A stretch of DNA of 63,983 nucleotides, the filler included, from Basidiobolus ranarum (taxonomy: Eukaryota): the NCBI GenBank assembly GCA_040143965.1. It is 3 parts of 3 records of this genome, joined end to end, with 100 filler letters (N's around TTAATTAATTAA, not from the genome) between each part and the next. Parts side by side here need not be neighbours in the genome. Positions count along the whole stretch, not along the records: positions 1 to 23,609 come from JASJQH010007039.1; positions 23,710 to 47,220 come from JASJQH010007040.1; 1 more part is not named here. One strand, 5' to 3'. A model generated the notes under the pieces. The model worked only from the letters and a program-made list of their open reading frames with translations. It did no database searches and was not told the origin of the DNA. The position numbers and the translations under genes were made by a program. Shown here piece after piece: positions 16,863 through 33,550 of this stretch (its first letter is position 1; every line of letters starts with the position of its first letter).

Positions 16863-18156
16863 TTTTCAAGTTTCCTGTGTAGTGGGGGAGAGAAGAGGTT
16901 AAGTGAAGGTTCAACTACGGTAGATGGTTGGCATTTATAGGCTTCACTACCGCCAGGTTTCTTGGAATATACAATAGTTATTACTACTTTCAGTAAATAG
17001 TTAATGTTCGGAGAAAACAGAGGGCACACTTTAGCCGTAGCCGATATTACTGATTTGGCTCCGCCATCGAAATTGCTACGAATAGTATAAGCGCAGCCAT
17101 AAGAGAAAATCAATTCCAGTCATCCAACCCGCCATCCCACAGCCGTCCAAATTAGAGTTCCACGATAAAGCAATGAGAATGGATAAATTGGGGGGGGGGA
17201 ATTCCCATATTCAGTGGTCGTAGTTAATTTCGTAAACTTTGTGGATGGTAAGCTTACATCGATACGCTTACATTGATGATCTCTTGTATGATCTGTTACC
17301 ACTTATATCATTCATGTTCATAGAAAGTTGACGAGCTTGCAGCAGTGACACTCGGTAGTGAAGGGCCATTTGTGATTCATTTACTTTGTGTAAAATCATA
17401 CCGGAATTCGAATGAACCTCGTGCTAATTTTCCTTTATTCTGATCGGGTAAATAAACATCCCATGGTGTATATATGTGCAGATGTATATTATAGCAGGTG
17501 TATATATGTCGATATGTATATTGTAGCATGGAAGTATGTATGAAGATCAGGGTACATTCCATATTTGTAGATTGATGAAATCAGCGCTCCAACCTTGACT
17601 CCAAATGCCTGAGGTGTTATATTTAGAGTTTGGCGCCCACAAGACCTATTATGGCTATATTATATTTAGATCCAGACTCAACCGGGTATGCGGTCATTAA
17701 TAGGCAATATTAGATGTGACGAAATAACCATATCAATGTGCTCATGTTCTGAATTGTAGTTCAAGCGGTAATAGTAGTTCACTTTAGATCTCCACCTAAC
17801 TAGCCCTCACATCTCCTCTCCACTCTACTAACCCATATTTTCTTAACAAAAGCCCTAATTTCAACTGGCCAATAAAAGTTACCAAACAAATTAAGGAAAG
17901 TTGAAGATCTTTTATGTAAACCCAATGGTGGGGATATATAGCTTCGCTTAGGCTGCTATTTTAGAATTCGAGATTTAAAGGTACATTCATTAAACTGCTG
18001 CTAGTTCATCTTTGGATGATGATTAAATTCAAGCATAAAATAAATAAATTAAAATTTCTTAACATGTTCATTTTGTTATATAAAAGAGAAATAAGTGATA
18101 TATTGTTACGGCTTCTAAACAGCTTTTATCATTTACAAATAAACACTTAAAGAGAT

Positions 18157-18634
18157 TTACTCTGCTTCTGCTGGTCGTTCAACTCGAACCATGTCCCAGT
18201 CCTCTTCTTCCCCGTCTTGCTGTTGTAAACGCTAGAAAAAAATACTCCTAATCAGTAAACATTGTCAAGAGAAAAGATGTTTTTCTATTTATAGACTGAT
18301 TTCTTACCCAATATTCCTCTTGAAGTGAGAACTTGCGTCGATTTTTATCGAGATGTAACTTCTCTTCAGTACTCACCTAAATAATGATCATGTAAGTAAA
18401 TGAAAAAATAATGGAAAAAATTGGATAATATGAGTGTATCTTTCTAAAGGTACGTTAATTTACCGCATTAACTTTATGATCGTGAAAGTCATATCTAGTT
18501 TGGGTCATTTGTGACAATAGAAAAGAACCTCCAACTATGACAGTCAAGAAAGGTACACCAAAAGTAATAAACGGATATTTCCTCACTATGGAGGCAAGTG
18601 GGTACGAATTAGAGCGACGGTTTACAAATGGCAT
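18157..18634 (-). CDS. COX16: Cytochrome c oxidase assembly protein COX16 (104 aa; exons 18634-18464, 18376-18308, 18231-18157)
   Basis: Absent from the ORF track. Spliced product MPFVNRR..YPFITFGVPFLTVIVGGSFLLSQMTQTRYD..RRKFSLQEEYWRL..DWDMVRVERP matches COX16 motifs (FGxPF..GSF, RY, EEY.RL, DW...RV.R). Confidence 0.92.
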
Positions 18635-19589
18635 TGTCTTTTCGGAGTAAACTAATTGACGTTTGTTCGAGTAGTGTCAAAGTTTGTAAACTAAGAATAA
18701 ATCATTAGTTGATTTTGAGAACTCTTGATTTGTTTAGTTCTCTGATTAAAAGAACCAACTAAACCCTCAAATCAGCTTATACAATATGTCAAATTCAATG
18801 AACCATTGTAGTCTGGACTCATGATTTCGCCAAAAGATTTAGGATTCTTAATCTTCCAGAAAACGTATCAAGCCTTATGTAATCCTAAAGCTTAAAGCAC
18901 TTATCGAGGCAGATAGAGAACAGTTTTCATATTGTCTGACCTCCAACTTTTAAGTGATCTGGTTTTTCCTGTTTAACTGTAAGTATAGGTTGCTGTGGAT
19001 GTAATACAAAGTAAAGCACACTAGATAGAGCTTCAACCCAGCACTTCACAATAGTGGTTGTGCGGAATATTTACTATAGGAGGTAATCAAAGCTTATCCC
19101 AACCTTACGCAACCATATACTTAATATCGTTAGTATAACAGACTAACGGATCAAATTCTTAATGCCACCATTATAACATAGGTTTTGAACTCCAATATTG
19201 CCAGTATACCACCAAGTATGCCACTGATTTGCTACAAATAATGACACCCCATTGACTACTGGTTCTCTCACAGTGATGGATTTAGTACTAGCGCCAATCA
19301 ATATATCTAAGACTACATTTCATTTATATCAACCTTGCTCTTTATCCAGTGTCCAAACAATAAAATGAATCTAAAATATTCAAGGTAATTCCTCAAGCCA
19401 TCATGTATGATCAACATATACTCCATCATAATCAATATATACTGCATATCTATATCAACCAGTATAAATCATACATTTCACAGCTTTAAATTTTTCTCTT
19501 ATATGTTACAATTAGATTGACATGACCGAGATTTAATAGAGATAGCTGTCAGACCCTACATGACTGTTGGAATCTTAGTAAAGGGCATT

Positions 19590-19713
19590 GTGATTTCAGT
19601 GTAGAAAGAGTACATCTCAAACATAGAATGGCAAATCAATTTGAGCAGTGATTTCAGTGTAGAAAGAGTACATCTCAAACATAGAATGGCAAATCAATTT
19701 GAGTTGTGATTTC
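19590..19713. repeat. Tandem direct repeat, 58-bp unit, about 2.1 copies
   Basis: GTGATTTCAGTGTAGAAAGAGTACATCTCAAACATAGAATGGCAAATCAATTTGAG at 19590 and 19648; a third GTGATTTC start at 19706. Confidence 0.95.
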
Positions 19714-21366
19714 TAGAACCTTGCAAGATGTCTCTACTGCATACTATACGACCTGTAAAGAATAATTGCACCATAAAGGGGATCTTATCTTTCAGAAAAC
19801 ATATAAAACGTATAAAACATCTAAATCACCTAACCCTTAAAAGCCCATCAGTCTGACAGAATACCACTATAAAACCCAAGCTAATGACACTAGATGACGC
19901 AAGTATCGAACTGTCTGAGCTCCATCTTAGACGTATTATGGTGGCATGCTAAACTGTGGGAATCGCTGTGGCTAACCCAGTACAACCAAGAGCAGCGCTT
20001 GTTTGAAAAAGGTAACCTAAATAGGCTCGCCATCTGGTTTGTGAGCTTGACTGTGGCTGACTTGTCTTATGTAAATTCTGGTTGACCCCCTTCGTTTCAG
20101 TAGCTGTTGTCAGATGATATTCTTAGAACCAATGGGAGTGCACATTCTAAACCTCCGCTTCTGACCGGGATATTCTGATGGATCTAACCATATTGAATCC
20201 TCGCTATTTTATGAAGAGGCGAAATATACCTAACCCTCGAAAAACCTCCTTATCCTCCCATAATTTAACCCTCGAACATGACGAAATCTGTCGTTAGTTG
20301 TACCTAGCACAAGGGGAAAAGAAAGTATATCCTTTATTACCATTTTTAGCAAGGTGGAAATACTGTTGATCCAGTATAACTAAAGGCGGAAGGTATCACT
20401 GTGGGTTTCATTGACATCATACTTCGGTCAATTATTGATGCAAAGATATATATGCTAGTCTTCCGATGAATCTTTTGTACTCTCATTTCTACGCGCTAAT
20501 TAGCTCAGCATAGTGTGGAACATTATACATGCAAGCGATGAGCCTGGAATTGTACCCGTTAGAGGTTGGGTTAGAATTACCTGGACCTGGACCTGTACCA
20601 ATTCTACCATGCTACTTGGCCTCTAGGCAATGCTGGGTTTAACTTAGTAACACAAGCTTAGTGATTTCGAGTCAGTTCGAGAAATAGGTGTCAGTACACG
20701 ACAGGACAAGGGGTAGGTAAGGTTTAATGATTTGTTTGTGATTGAACGGACTGGGTGATACATTCTATCATTGGACGATACTACTTGACTAGGATAAAAT
20801 ATTCTCCGTTTCTCACTACCGATAAGAGTTGGGGCATCGTGAACAGGTTATAATAATAAATCGGCCAAGCAGTATTTCAAAAACTATTTCATCCATCTAG
20901 TGGATCGAATCCCACGGTTCTGTTAAAGTTTTTGAGTTACTTCACTCGTCACAGCTTCACATAACGCTCAATATCATTACCATACGAGGAATCTGAAACA
21001 GCCGAGGATAGGGTTAGGGTTAACTCCCATCAGCTGATTGAAGTGACTGGTAAGGTTCAGAAGATCCGCTAAGCATATGGCTAATATATTAAAATAGATT
21101 ACTATTGAGTATGTGTTTCTAACGATGGTAGGGTAGGTCCTATTAATTAGCATCTTGTTCACCAACCCTTGAGAGGTCTGGTAGGAGAAAACATATAAAG
21201 TATGGCAAGCTGCTCTACTAGATTTGGTTGTATCAATTTACTTTTCCGTACTTGCCAAACTGTCATTCCTGCGACCACCTTCCCAAATATCATTCACAGC
21301 ATCAAAGTCTTTCTTAATATATTCAACTTTCTCTGCATATTATTCACTTTATAACCTACCTTAATT

Positions 21367-22462
21367 ATGGCTATTCAAATCGAGATAAAACCCGTACAAG
21401 AAAGAATTTTTCTACCGTACAGTAGTGTTTCTGACCCTGAACAACCCACAGAGACCGCTGTTCACGGAAAAGTCCTCATTCACCTGAAGAAAGCTCTCAA
21501 AGTTTCCTCGATATCATTAAAATTCGAAGGCTTTATGGAAGAGAAAGGTAGGTTCGATTTTCATATGAAATTTTCAATTACTTTAACTAACTGTACCCAT
21601 TCCACTAGCCTTTGGTGTCAAATCTCTAAAACTACAAGGTCAGCGCTCACTAGTCAAAGAGAAGATAGTTTTCTTGGGCTCAACAGTTGGATTTCAAGTG
21701 CTCAGTGCTGGCTCACATGTGTTTGACTTTCACTTTAATATCAGCTCTCTATTGCCGGAAACCGTATACAGTCCATTTCTTGACATTCATTACAAGCTGA
21801 TTGCCACAGTGAAGAAACCAGGATTCTCTAGCAACGTAAAGCAGGTCAAAGAACTCTCTATCTACCGTATGTGTGATGATTTAGAGTCTGACTCTCATGC
21901 TGCCGTTACACTGACAAACTCGTGGCCCAAAGTAATGGACTACAGCGTAGCATTACCTAGTAAGGTATTGACATTGGGCGAGACCGTACCTGTCGAGTTT
22001 AATCTATGGCCACACCTCAAAGATATTAAATTCTTAGGATTGGAATTTTCTCTGGTAGAAGATATTACATATCCAGGTAGAAGCGTAGAAGGGGCGACCA
22101 GCACTAAACGCTGGATCGGGTTGAAATCAATCAGCAGTTCATACGATACTCTACTTGCGAATAAACTGGTTCGAATTCAGATCCCTACTGCAGATCGGCT
22201 ACGTTGTGATATTAATCATGAGTTAATACAAATCCGACATAAATTGGAGGTGAGAATATTGTTCGAGAGTCATCGAAAGCTCAATTCAATCACTTTGAGG
22301 TGTTTGGTAGTCATTCAACCTGAACCAGAATGTGAAGAAGACCTACCCTCTTATCCACAATCATTCAATAACCAACTGGTTGAAGTATCGAACACTGAAG
22401 CTGAACGTCCAATGTGGACAAACCTCCCACTTCCTGCATATGAAGCTATTGCGGTGCTTTAA
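21367..22462 (+). CDS. Alpha-arrestin (ART-like ubiquitin-ligase adaptor), 2 exons (intron 21548-21608)
   Basis: Arrestin-N (VHGKVLIHLKKALKVSSISLKFEG; LSAGSHVFDFHF..LPETV..IHYKLIATV), arrestin-C (IQIRHKLEV) and C-terminal LPSY and LPAY PY-type motifs. Confidence 0.88.
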
Positions 22463-23107
22463 GAAATCTGTGAATATTCCGAGAGAGAGTCCATTCCTTT
22501 CTCAATGTAAAAATGGAGCCTTCCCCATCCTTATTTTGTCACACTTAGTCATCAAACTGTACAATACCACTATACTCACGCATCAAAGCGTCTTGATTAT
22601 AATATCTCAAGATTGTTATCTGTAATAAACAAACTAAACCCACCTCTTCTGTTCATAATATGTTTGAGCGTGGTTGAGTGGTACGCGTATAACGAGAAGA
22701 TATTTAATACATTTTTTATCAATTTTGATAGTGATTGGATAGTTGCAGGAAATTGATTCATCATAGGTTTAATGTTAAAAAATAACCTTTCATCCTATCA
22801 CGTTAAGGTCATGCGCATATATAGTGACAGTGTCCACAGTCAGTATAGGAATGTACAATTTACACAGTTTGCTAATATAGTAATGTACATATTTATACAA
22901 TTTGCTAAGCATTCTCAACCATCAGTCGAGATGAGATAATTGAATCGAAGCGCAGCAGTATATGGTATAGTGTATATAAATATATGTGCTCAGCTATGGG
23001 GAAGGCTTAATAATAAATTCCCGAAACCCACTGAAGATCTAGGATTATCTATATATATCCTTGCCCACTCTTGCGCCATTGCCGAATACATATATTTTCG
23101 AATATAA

Positions 23108-23607
23108 AGCAGTCGGGTAGCGACCAAATACCAATGTTACGAAGAACGCAAGAAATTTTCCCCACCGTGGAAAGTGAATGATATTGTTCTCCACTTAAAA
23201 ACAATACCGTTGATGAGTGCAGTATTTGAATTTACTGATAGTGATATCCTACAACGTTTCGATGAGAATCCGGACGAATTATACGATACACAGAATGCAT
23301 TTGCTGAGAAGAATGTGCAAGAACTAAAGGAGTACTCCAGTAACAGCTTGTGACTGTCTCGGGTCTTATACTTGGAGTTCGGGCGTTGGCTGAAAGTTCA
23401 AGTAGTTTTTTGGAAGCAGTTGGAGCACTTGTCAATTTTGTGGCCCGATTCCACCTGACCGGAATTGACATTGACTTTGAGAGTTACAGTCAATGGACTG
23501 ATGAAGGTTACAACAACTATAAACTATTTATCTCTAAGCTTGGATCTGAGCTTCACCTGATGGGCAAGAAATTGACGACCTGCGGGCCAGTATGGATGTC
23601 AGAATAG
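23108..23607 (+). pseudogene. Disrupted glycoside hydrolase family 18 (chitinase-like) gene fragment
   Basis: Catalytic-type LTGIDIDFE (DxDxE) motif. The upstream frame ..NAFAEKNVQELKEYSS joins QLVTVSG.. only through a frameshift at about 23342; TAG at 23605-23607 lies just before the gap. Confidence 0.65.
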
Positions 23608-23609
23608 AC

Positions 23610-23709
23610 NNNNNNNNNNNNNNNNNNNNNNNNNNNNNNNNNNNNNNNNNNNNTTAATTAATTAANNNNNNNNNNNNNNNNNNNNNNNNNNNNNNNNNNN
23701 NNNNNNNNN
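23610..23709. other. Artificial contig spacer: 100 nt of N with TTAATTAATTAA six-frame stop linker
   Basis: 44 N + TTAATTAATTAA (23654-23665) + 44 N; identical structure at 47221. Confidence 0.98.
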
Positions 23710-23738
23710 CTTTCACTAATATCAACACATCAACCTAT

Positions 23739-26914
<3,176 letters not shown>

Positions 26915-28223
26915 TGCAGTAGTATGTGGGAGAATTTTTGCATTCATTTACATAGCTTAACTTTTGTTACATTAGGTAATGCACCAACTGATTTTGTTTT
27001 AGTTTCATTGTAATTGTACCTGTCTTTGATATCTGTTTACTTTTCACTTATTAACTCATCAAACCCACCCCACCCCCATTTACTCGGAATTCTCATGATA
27101 AGCATAGGCAATCGTCGTTTCAAGATTTCACACTAACTGGGATAAGATAAATAGTAATAAACTCCTTAATATTATATAATCATTATTCTTCTAGTGTTCG
27201 AGAAATATATATACAAATACTTGAAAGACTACAGAATTGTTTATAGAAAAAAACTGGTTTCATTAAATACATGCCTATATATATGTGTCTTATTTCAGCA
27301 GTATATGCATGCATTTATGGATGTTTCAGTTTTAGTATTTCTTGTGATTATCACTTGAATGCAGCAATCAAAGTAGTGTCATTGTATTTGATCTGAATTG
27401 ATACAACGAATCTCCAACCACTGAAAGACATGTGTAGTAATTTATGTGGGTAGATGGTTTATCTTGTTTAATGTATTCCAGGATATCCTTAGGGTTAGGT
27501 GAATATTAATTCGAAATTAGCCAGTCATTTGATTTGGATAATGTTTTACTATGTATTCCTATTCAGCCAAAGTTAACCAAATCCTGAATAACCATTGACA
27601 GATATCTATCCTATTTGATTTCCGAATATAGTAAGGACCAGGATTAGAATCGATGATCAGGTGAGATTTAATATGGATTGTTTTCGTCATTCTACTCAGA
27701 ATCTATGATTCCAATAGTTGAATAGCGAATCACTATCACCATCAAATACTGTTTATGTTGCCAGATTTCTTCATGTGAACGGGGGATTTTATTGTTGCTG
27801 GGTATGGCTAGTATTGATTCTAGTATATGCATACACACATCCATTCATATATATATACTTGCCAATCTTAGTATCATTATATGTTACATGTTCAGATATG
27901 GGTTCTATTAATATCCATCCGATGGTTCTCCCGTGATCCCACCCCATGCACGGGCAAGTTGTGTTAAAGCGATTCTTAAAGCAACCAAGTACTATTCATG
28001 ATATGTGATATAATAGGGGAAATGGGATGTTCTTGATTTGGAAGCTAGTTGCACCATGAAGAATTTCCATCAACTCTAGACGTTGTCCTAGAATGGGGTA
28101 GTAAGAAAATGTTGGCGATGAATTGGATGACAAAAGACTGGAATGAGTGACGCCCATAAATCAATACATGAATCCAAGGAATTCCCCTGACTAACACACT
28201 GGAAGGGTGATGCTAGTTGCCTC

Positions 28224-30973
28224 TCATGTCGCAACTGAGGATGTCGGTGCAGTCAGGTATGGGGTTTCAACCAGTGAAGTGACACTGACTAGAGAATGAG
28301 CGGAAATACTGCTCAATAGGTTGGTGATGTCGGTTCTGGATCCCTTGGACTTCTTGACCGTAGTAAATGAGCCTGTTAGTAGATCTGAAGAATCGCTGTC
28401 ATCTTCGCAAACAGAGTTACTGTTATTCACTTTCAAAGCGTCTTTAAATTGCTCTACTTGTGGGGATTTTCTCTGACTTGATAGCTTTACGTCCGATGTT
28501 TTGATGATGGGTATGGAAAGTTTGGACTGCTTGGCATTGGAGGTGAGCCTAGACTTGAGTGATACCATATAATTTAAATCAAGTAGATTGGGTGAGTTGG
28601 TCTTACAGAGCATATCTAAGCGTTCATTGATATCTGGGAAATGTTGCTGGAGCTTAGCTTCCCGCTTTAAGATCTCTCGGACTTTCTTTGCTGATACATA
28701 CTGGGTTTGAGAAGACTTGATATCCGAAGGATTCTCTTCTGCTATCCATGATCCACTCTTCTCTCTAGTTTGAATTGAATGCCTGGCATATTCGGACAAT
28801 TTGTCCATCTTCAACACATCCCCAGCATGAAGCAGATACTGTGATAGGAATTGATCTACTACGACCGGATCCTTTCCGGATCGATGAAGATGGAATAAGA
28901 TGGGTAATGCTCGAATCAACTCGTCAGTTAATTCACGATCGATCAATTTTCGGAAAATCAAGAAAATATTGTTGTAATCAGACATGGCGAGTTTCTCTCG
29001 TTCACCATAGGCGAGTAGTCTCTTGTGTAGAGCTGACCTAAAGTTTAGATTGGATACTTGATCCGCTTGACTAGTGGATATGTTACGTGCATGGGCGTGA
29101 GGGATATGGCGTTGACTAGGTGTCAGTACTTTGAAGAGAAATCGAGTGTATTCGTAACGCACTGTGGAGTTTTCATTGGTGAGAAAAGATAGTGTTGGTG
29201 TGATGATAGGCAGGGGTACTTCGTTCTTGGAGTCGTCGCTGCCCTCTACTAAAGCTCTCATGCATTTGAGTAAGTCGAGCTCGAAAGGAAGGGCTGATGT
29301 TGCTGTCTTGCTCTCAGCCGAATGTAATTTGTTAATAATGAATGCCAAAATATCGTTAATCTGCTCCAAATAGTACAAGTGGGTTCCTAAACTACCTGTT
29401 AATAAATTGGATGTTAGTCCTTGAATCATAGTCTTTACAAGAGCTATTAAAGTAATTACTGATTGCTGATATTAACCCACGTTTAAGTTCTACTTCTAAC
29501 GAAGAAAACTCTATTGTCATGGCAGTTGTTTCACTGTTTTGATAAATTGCTTGAAGTTGCCCAACCATGGAACTTACATATTCCAGAACTGAGATGCCAA
29601 CGCAAGCGGAAGAACCCAGTCCCTTTTCAATCACTTTTACCAACGTAACCTGCTTACGAGTGACTTTACCCACCGGGCAATCATTCAGTAATCTCAATAC
29701 TTCATTTACGATAATGTGTTGATACGACGGCTGGATAAACATGATAAAGGTTAGGCCTCCTCGACTTCCGTATTAATATTAATATTAATCTTAATTACCG
29801 CCACTGCCGACATCATAAATGAAGCTAAATCAACAGAATATCGGGAGTTTTCGTACAGTTGATGCTTTTCTATATAACTAAGGTGGAGATTATGATTAAA
29901 TATATTTACTCAATAGTCATAAGTATATCCATGGTCTTACCTAAATACCGAATCCACTACCAGGAATATATTCAATGGCGCACTACTCTCTAATAACTGT
30001 TGCAGGCACTTCAAGGCAATTAAGTTGATCTGGCTTGACTCGAGATACTTCTCACTTGAATCAGAGGTCTTGAACGACTCCCAGTTTACATCTTCTCCAG
30101 GGCTGAGAAAAAGAGCCATTTAGTTGGACGCTTGCGAATATATTTGGACACCAATTAAACTTACTTGGGTTGTTGAGCACCGGGATGCGAAACGTTACTT
30201 AGAATCCCATGGGCCAGTTTAGTGTAGTAAGCTTTAGAATGGGTTATTTTCATAAGCGGGGAAATTAGCATAGAGTAGATCCCATATAATCCTAATAATC
30301 GGTGGCTACATTTTGGTTAACCTAGGCCTCAACATGCAACATCGGAGCTCAAGGAGCACTTACTTTGAATTTAATTTAGTCTTTTCATCATCAAGATAGC
30401 AGGCCATTTCACAGAATTTAGTAACTAAACAATCCATATGAATGGTCAAGTCCTCGTCCACCCCGACTGTCGTCGCATCAAAATGGAGACAAAAATCATG
30501 GAACTGTAGTTTCAAAGAAAAGCATTCTCAGGTAAATAACAGGAAAGACAGTGAATATATGAATTGGGTGTACCATAGCTCCAGCGTACCAACTAACTTC
30601 GTCTTCAAGGACACACTTTTCGGTGACCTTGATGGTACTCTTAGCAAACAGGTTCAAGTCCTTTTCGCATTCCCTCGTTAACTGTTGAAATATTTTAAGT
30701 GCGATTGTAACATCACTATCGAAGTAAACTTGTTAATACGATATGGTGCACTAGAGTGGCTAACGTGCAAACTTACCTCCATCTTCTCTTGGATAAATCC
30801 CTCAGTAGACACTTTTCGAGGTAAGCAGAGACTTTGAGAAGTTTCACGGGTCTTGAAGACGCATAGTAAGACAGGTAAGCGAGTTCACTCTGTTTAGGCC
30901 CTTCCTCGTGGCCAGTTGGGTAACAATTATTGACTAGTTTAATATGATTTTTGCTGGGGATGCAAGAACACAT
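28224..30973 (-). CDS. EFR3: EFR3 plasma-membrane PI4-kinase (Stt4/PI4KA) targeting scaffold, multi-exon
   Basis: N-terminus MCSCIPSKNHIKLVNNCYP..PKQSELAYLSYYASSRPVKLLKVSAYLEK, typical of EFR3, with Cys-rich palmitoylation-type start; helical body with LGTHLYYLEQINDI; low-complexity C-tail. Confidence 0.9.
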
Positions 30974-32140
30974 TGAAGTGCGTTGTCTTGAGAGAAACAA
31001 AGACTGAGGTAACTGGACTACTCTATACGCTTGGCACGCTAGCTAACGAGGAAAGAGGCTCTATGGAAATGGTTTATGAGAGGTAATTATTCAAGAAAGC
31101 CTGATATGGTAACTGGCTTCACTCCAGTAGCTAGTAGAGATATAACTGGAAATAAGCAAGAATGGGCAGAGGAGTCCCAATAAGTAATAACTAATAAATA
31201 TAGCTCTGAGATAACTGGGCGAGCGAACAATGATGGATTCCGAGAAACACGATTTGTAGAGATTGGTAGTGATTTGGTAGAATATACAACCCCCTCGTCA
31301 TAATACGGGGAAATCGAAATATAACAATCGAGGTTTATTTTTAACTTGTGTGACAAACCCGACCACCTCCACCAATCAACCTGAAACCAATCTCAAATGA
31401 CGATCAAGTAAAATGAATTGATATTAGGCAATGCAGCAGCCACTATTGGTTTCCACCCTCCAGCGTCATATTATCTATGTATTTCAATGCGATTGTTGGC
31501 AAAACCTAAACATCACCGCCTGAAACGAATCAAGGCAATAATTAGGACTAGAGATGTCGCCAATTGACACGAAGATTCCCTTTAGGGGAACAATGTAGTG
31601 CTATTGAGTCCATCACCATCCTGCCTCCGACTGCGGATGCGGATGCTGCGACAGACATGATAAGTACTCCCAATTCTAGATGTTTGTATAGCCCCCTCCG
31701 CTCACGGCCAAGCCCAAGCCCTAAAATCACTAATTACGTCCTTATTCTGTAATGAGATCGCTTGCACCTTATACACAAGCTACGCTGATAGGCTGCTTCT
31801 CGACAGCTGTGGGGTAGCAACCATGGGGAGGCATATGTGACATCTCTAGTAATAGAACTGCATTGGTGAAGACTGCCCCCAGTCTAACCTGAGCAGGACC
31901 CCACATGCGTATTTTGGCTAGTGTTAGAATGGCGTGATTTAGATTGGAAGCACTCTGATGCTTTTGCTGCAACAGCCCAAGTGGCTAAGTGGGCTTTATT
32001 TCTTTTGTTTCAATTAGCGATTTCATGTTAACAAAATATGAATATCGAATGGTTATTCTGAACTGGGCGTATGCTAACTACTATGTTTGTATTAGTCGAG
32101 GTATTAGATGTTTCTACAACGTCATTGTTTGCCCACTGGC

Positions 32141-33550
32141 CTACTGCTTAGCGGGGTGTGATCCCCTGATTCGTCTCGCAATTAAGCGAGCAATGTTTTT
32201 GGCAGATATAGTCTCAGTCTCCATGGTGGATATGAATGGCTCCATTGTGTTTAGATAGTACAGTCCTGATGACAGTTCCACTGGGAATTTCTGTTGAACA
32301 TCTCTGGTAGACATCCTTGGATATGCATTCCATACAACCTTAACGTTGGTCTCTCTCTTTTCACTGAAGATGCGTGATATCGTGGATTGATCGAGCTTTC
32401 CTGTCGAGTGCAAATGGTACATATAAATCCCCTTCTTGGGCTGGTAATTTGCTATCTTATACAGACTGTTGAATGGCGTCTTCTTCCCCTCGTTAATTGT
32501 AGTGTATATATTGCTAGGCAAAGAAGCCTCTGTAACATTGAAATAAGAGGGATTTAATTGACCAGTCACGTGTGTCACTTGAACCTGCGAGTATTCCACA
32601 GATGGGTACCGGATCCTGGGCAAGAAGAACAACTTTGCTGATTGAAAAGGAGTGGCTACAACTAGACTATCGAAGGTATCGATCCTACCGTTCGCAGATA
32701 GAACAACATATTTTCCGTGCAAATTAAAGATCGCCTTAACTCGATGATTGAGAAGGACCTTGGCTTTCGAACGAGTGGCTAGCTCTTTGACAAGAGCGGA
32801 GTTCCCAGAGGTAACGGAGTGAGTATCACATACTCCTGTAGTGGGTATGGCGGCAATACAGGCCGCAAGAGCATGTATCTCAGTAATGCCGCGGGCATAG
32901 TTGGCCCGGGTAGAAAAGTCAAGATATTCCCTGACGAAAGTTTTATTCAAACCTTGACTTACGAAATACTCGTAACCAGATACTTTCAGTAAATTATCAA
33001 GTTGCAGAGACTTGAATAGACCATCCACTGAGGTCCAAATGCGATTTGAATCGTAAATCTTCAAGAATTTTACCAGCATTCTTTCAATGATGCCTTGAAG
33101 TTTCACAAAATTCTCTGGTCCATATCTAGTAAATGGGGATTCCTTCCAAATAAATCCCTTTCCGTTCCACAGATTGGTGACGGAGTCGCTAAAGTACTCT
33201 CCATGGTCCTCTTGAATTGGCAGAGAAAATCTCTTGGTCAAATTCATCATGTTATAGTTACAACTTACAAATAAAGAAGCACCCATGTTCAGAGGAATAC
33301 CAGGAAGACCCGGTCTGGTGAATGTTGGGCTAAAGACTCTACCGCCTACACGATCTTCGGCCTCGAACATGGTGATATCCACTTTAACATCTTGCTGTTG
33401 GAATAGTTCATTCAAGAAATAGGCAGTAGAAGCACCACCGATGCCAGCACCAATGATACCTACTTTCTTGGTCACTTTAGGATGTTTCGCAGAAACCCAT
33501 GACCCAGTGAAGATACAACCGAGTAAAAAATAAGAAATGTCAAAGCGCAT
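32141..33550 (-). CDS. Prenylcysteine oxidase/lyase-like FAD-dependent oxidoreductase, intronless
   Basis: Signal peptide; VGIIGAGIGGASTAYFL dinucleotide-binding motif; RVGGR, MGASLF, TRANY, WNAYP, LYYLNTMEPFISTMETETISAKNIARL. Confidence 0.9.
   Translation of the reverse strand: MRFDISYFLLGCIFTGSWVSAKHPKVTKKVGIIGAGIGGASTAYFLNELFQQQDVKVDITMFEAEDRVGGRVFSPTFTRPGLPGIPLNMGASLFVSCNYNMMNLTKRFSLPIQEDHGEYFSDSVTNLWNGKGFIWKESPFTRYGPENFVKLQGIIERMLVKFLKIYDSNRIWTSVDGLFKSLQLDNLLKVSGYEYFVSQGLNKTFVREYLDFSTRANYARGITEIHALAACIAAIPTTGVCDTHSVTSGNSALVKELATRSKAKVLLNHRVKAIFNLHGKYVVLSANGRIDTFDSLVVATPFQSAKLFFLPRIRYPSVEYSQVQVTHVTGQLNPSYFNVTEASLPSNIYTTINEGKKTPFNSLYKIANYQPKKGIYMYHLHSTGKLDQSTISRIFSEKRETNVKVVWNAYPRMSTRDVQQKFPVELSSGLYYLNTMEPFISTMETETISAKNIARLIARRIRGSHPAKQ

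Noticed and set aside
19590-19713. Possible CRISPR-like repeat
   Set aside because: Units are adjacent without spacers, only two copies, eukaryotic context.
21010-21023. TTAGGG-like motifs (also near 27489)
   Set aside because: At most two units; not a telomeric array.
23654-23665. TTAATTAATTAA palindrome (PacI sites; piggyBac TTAA-like)
   Set aside because: Centred in N runs and repeated identically at 47265, so it is a synthetic linker rather than biology.
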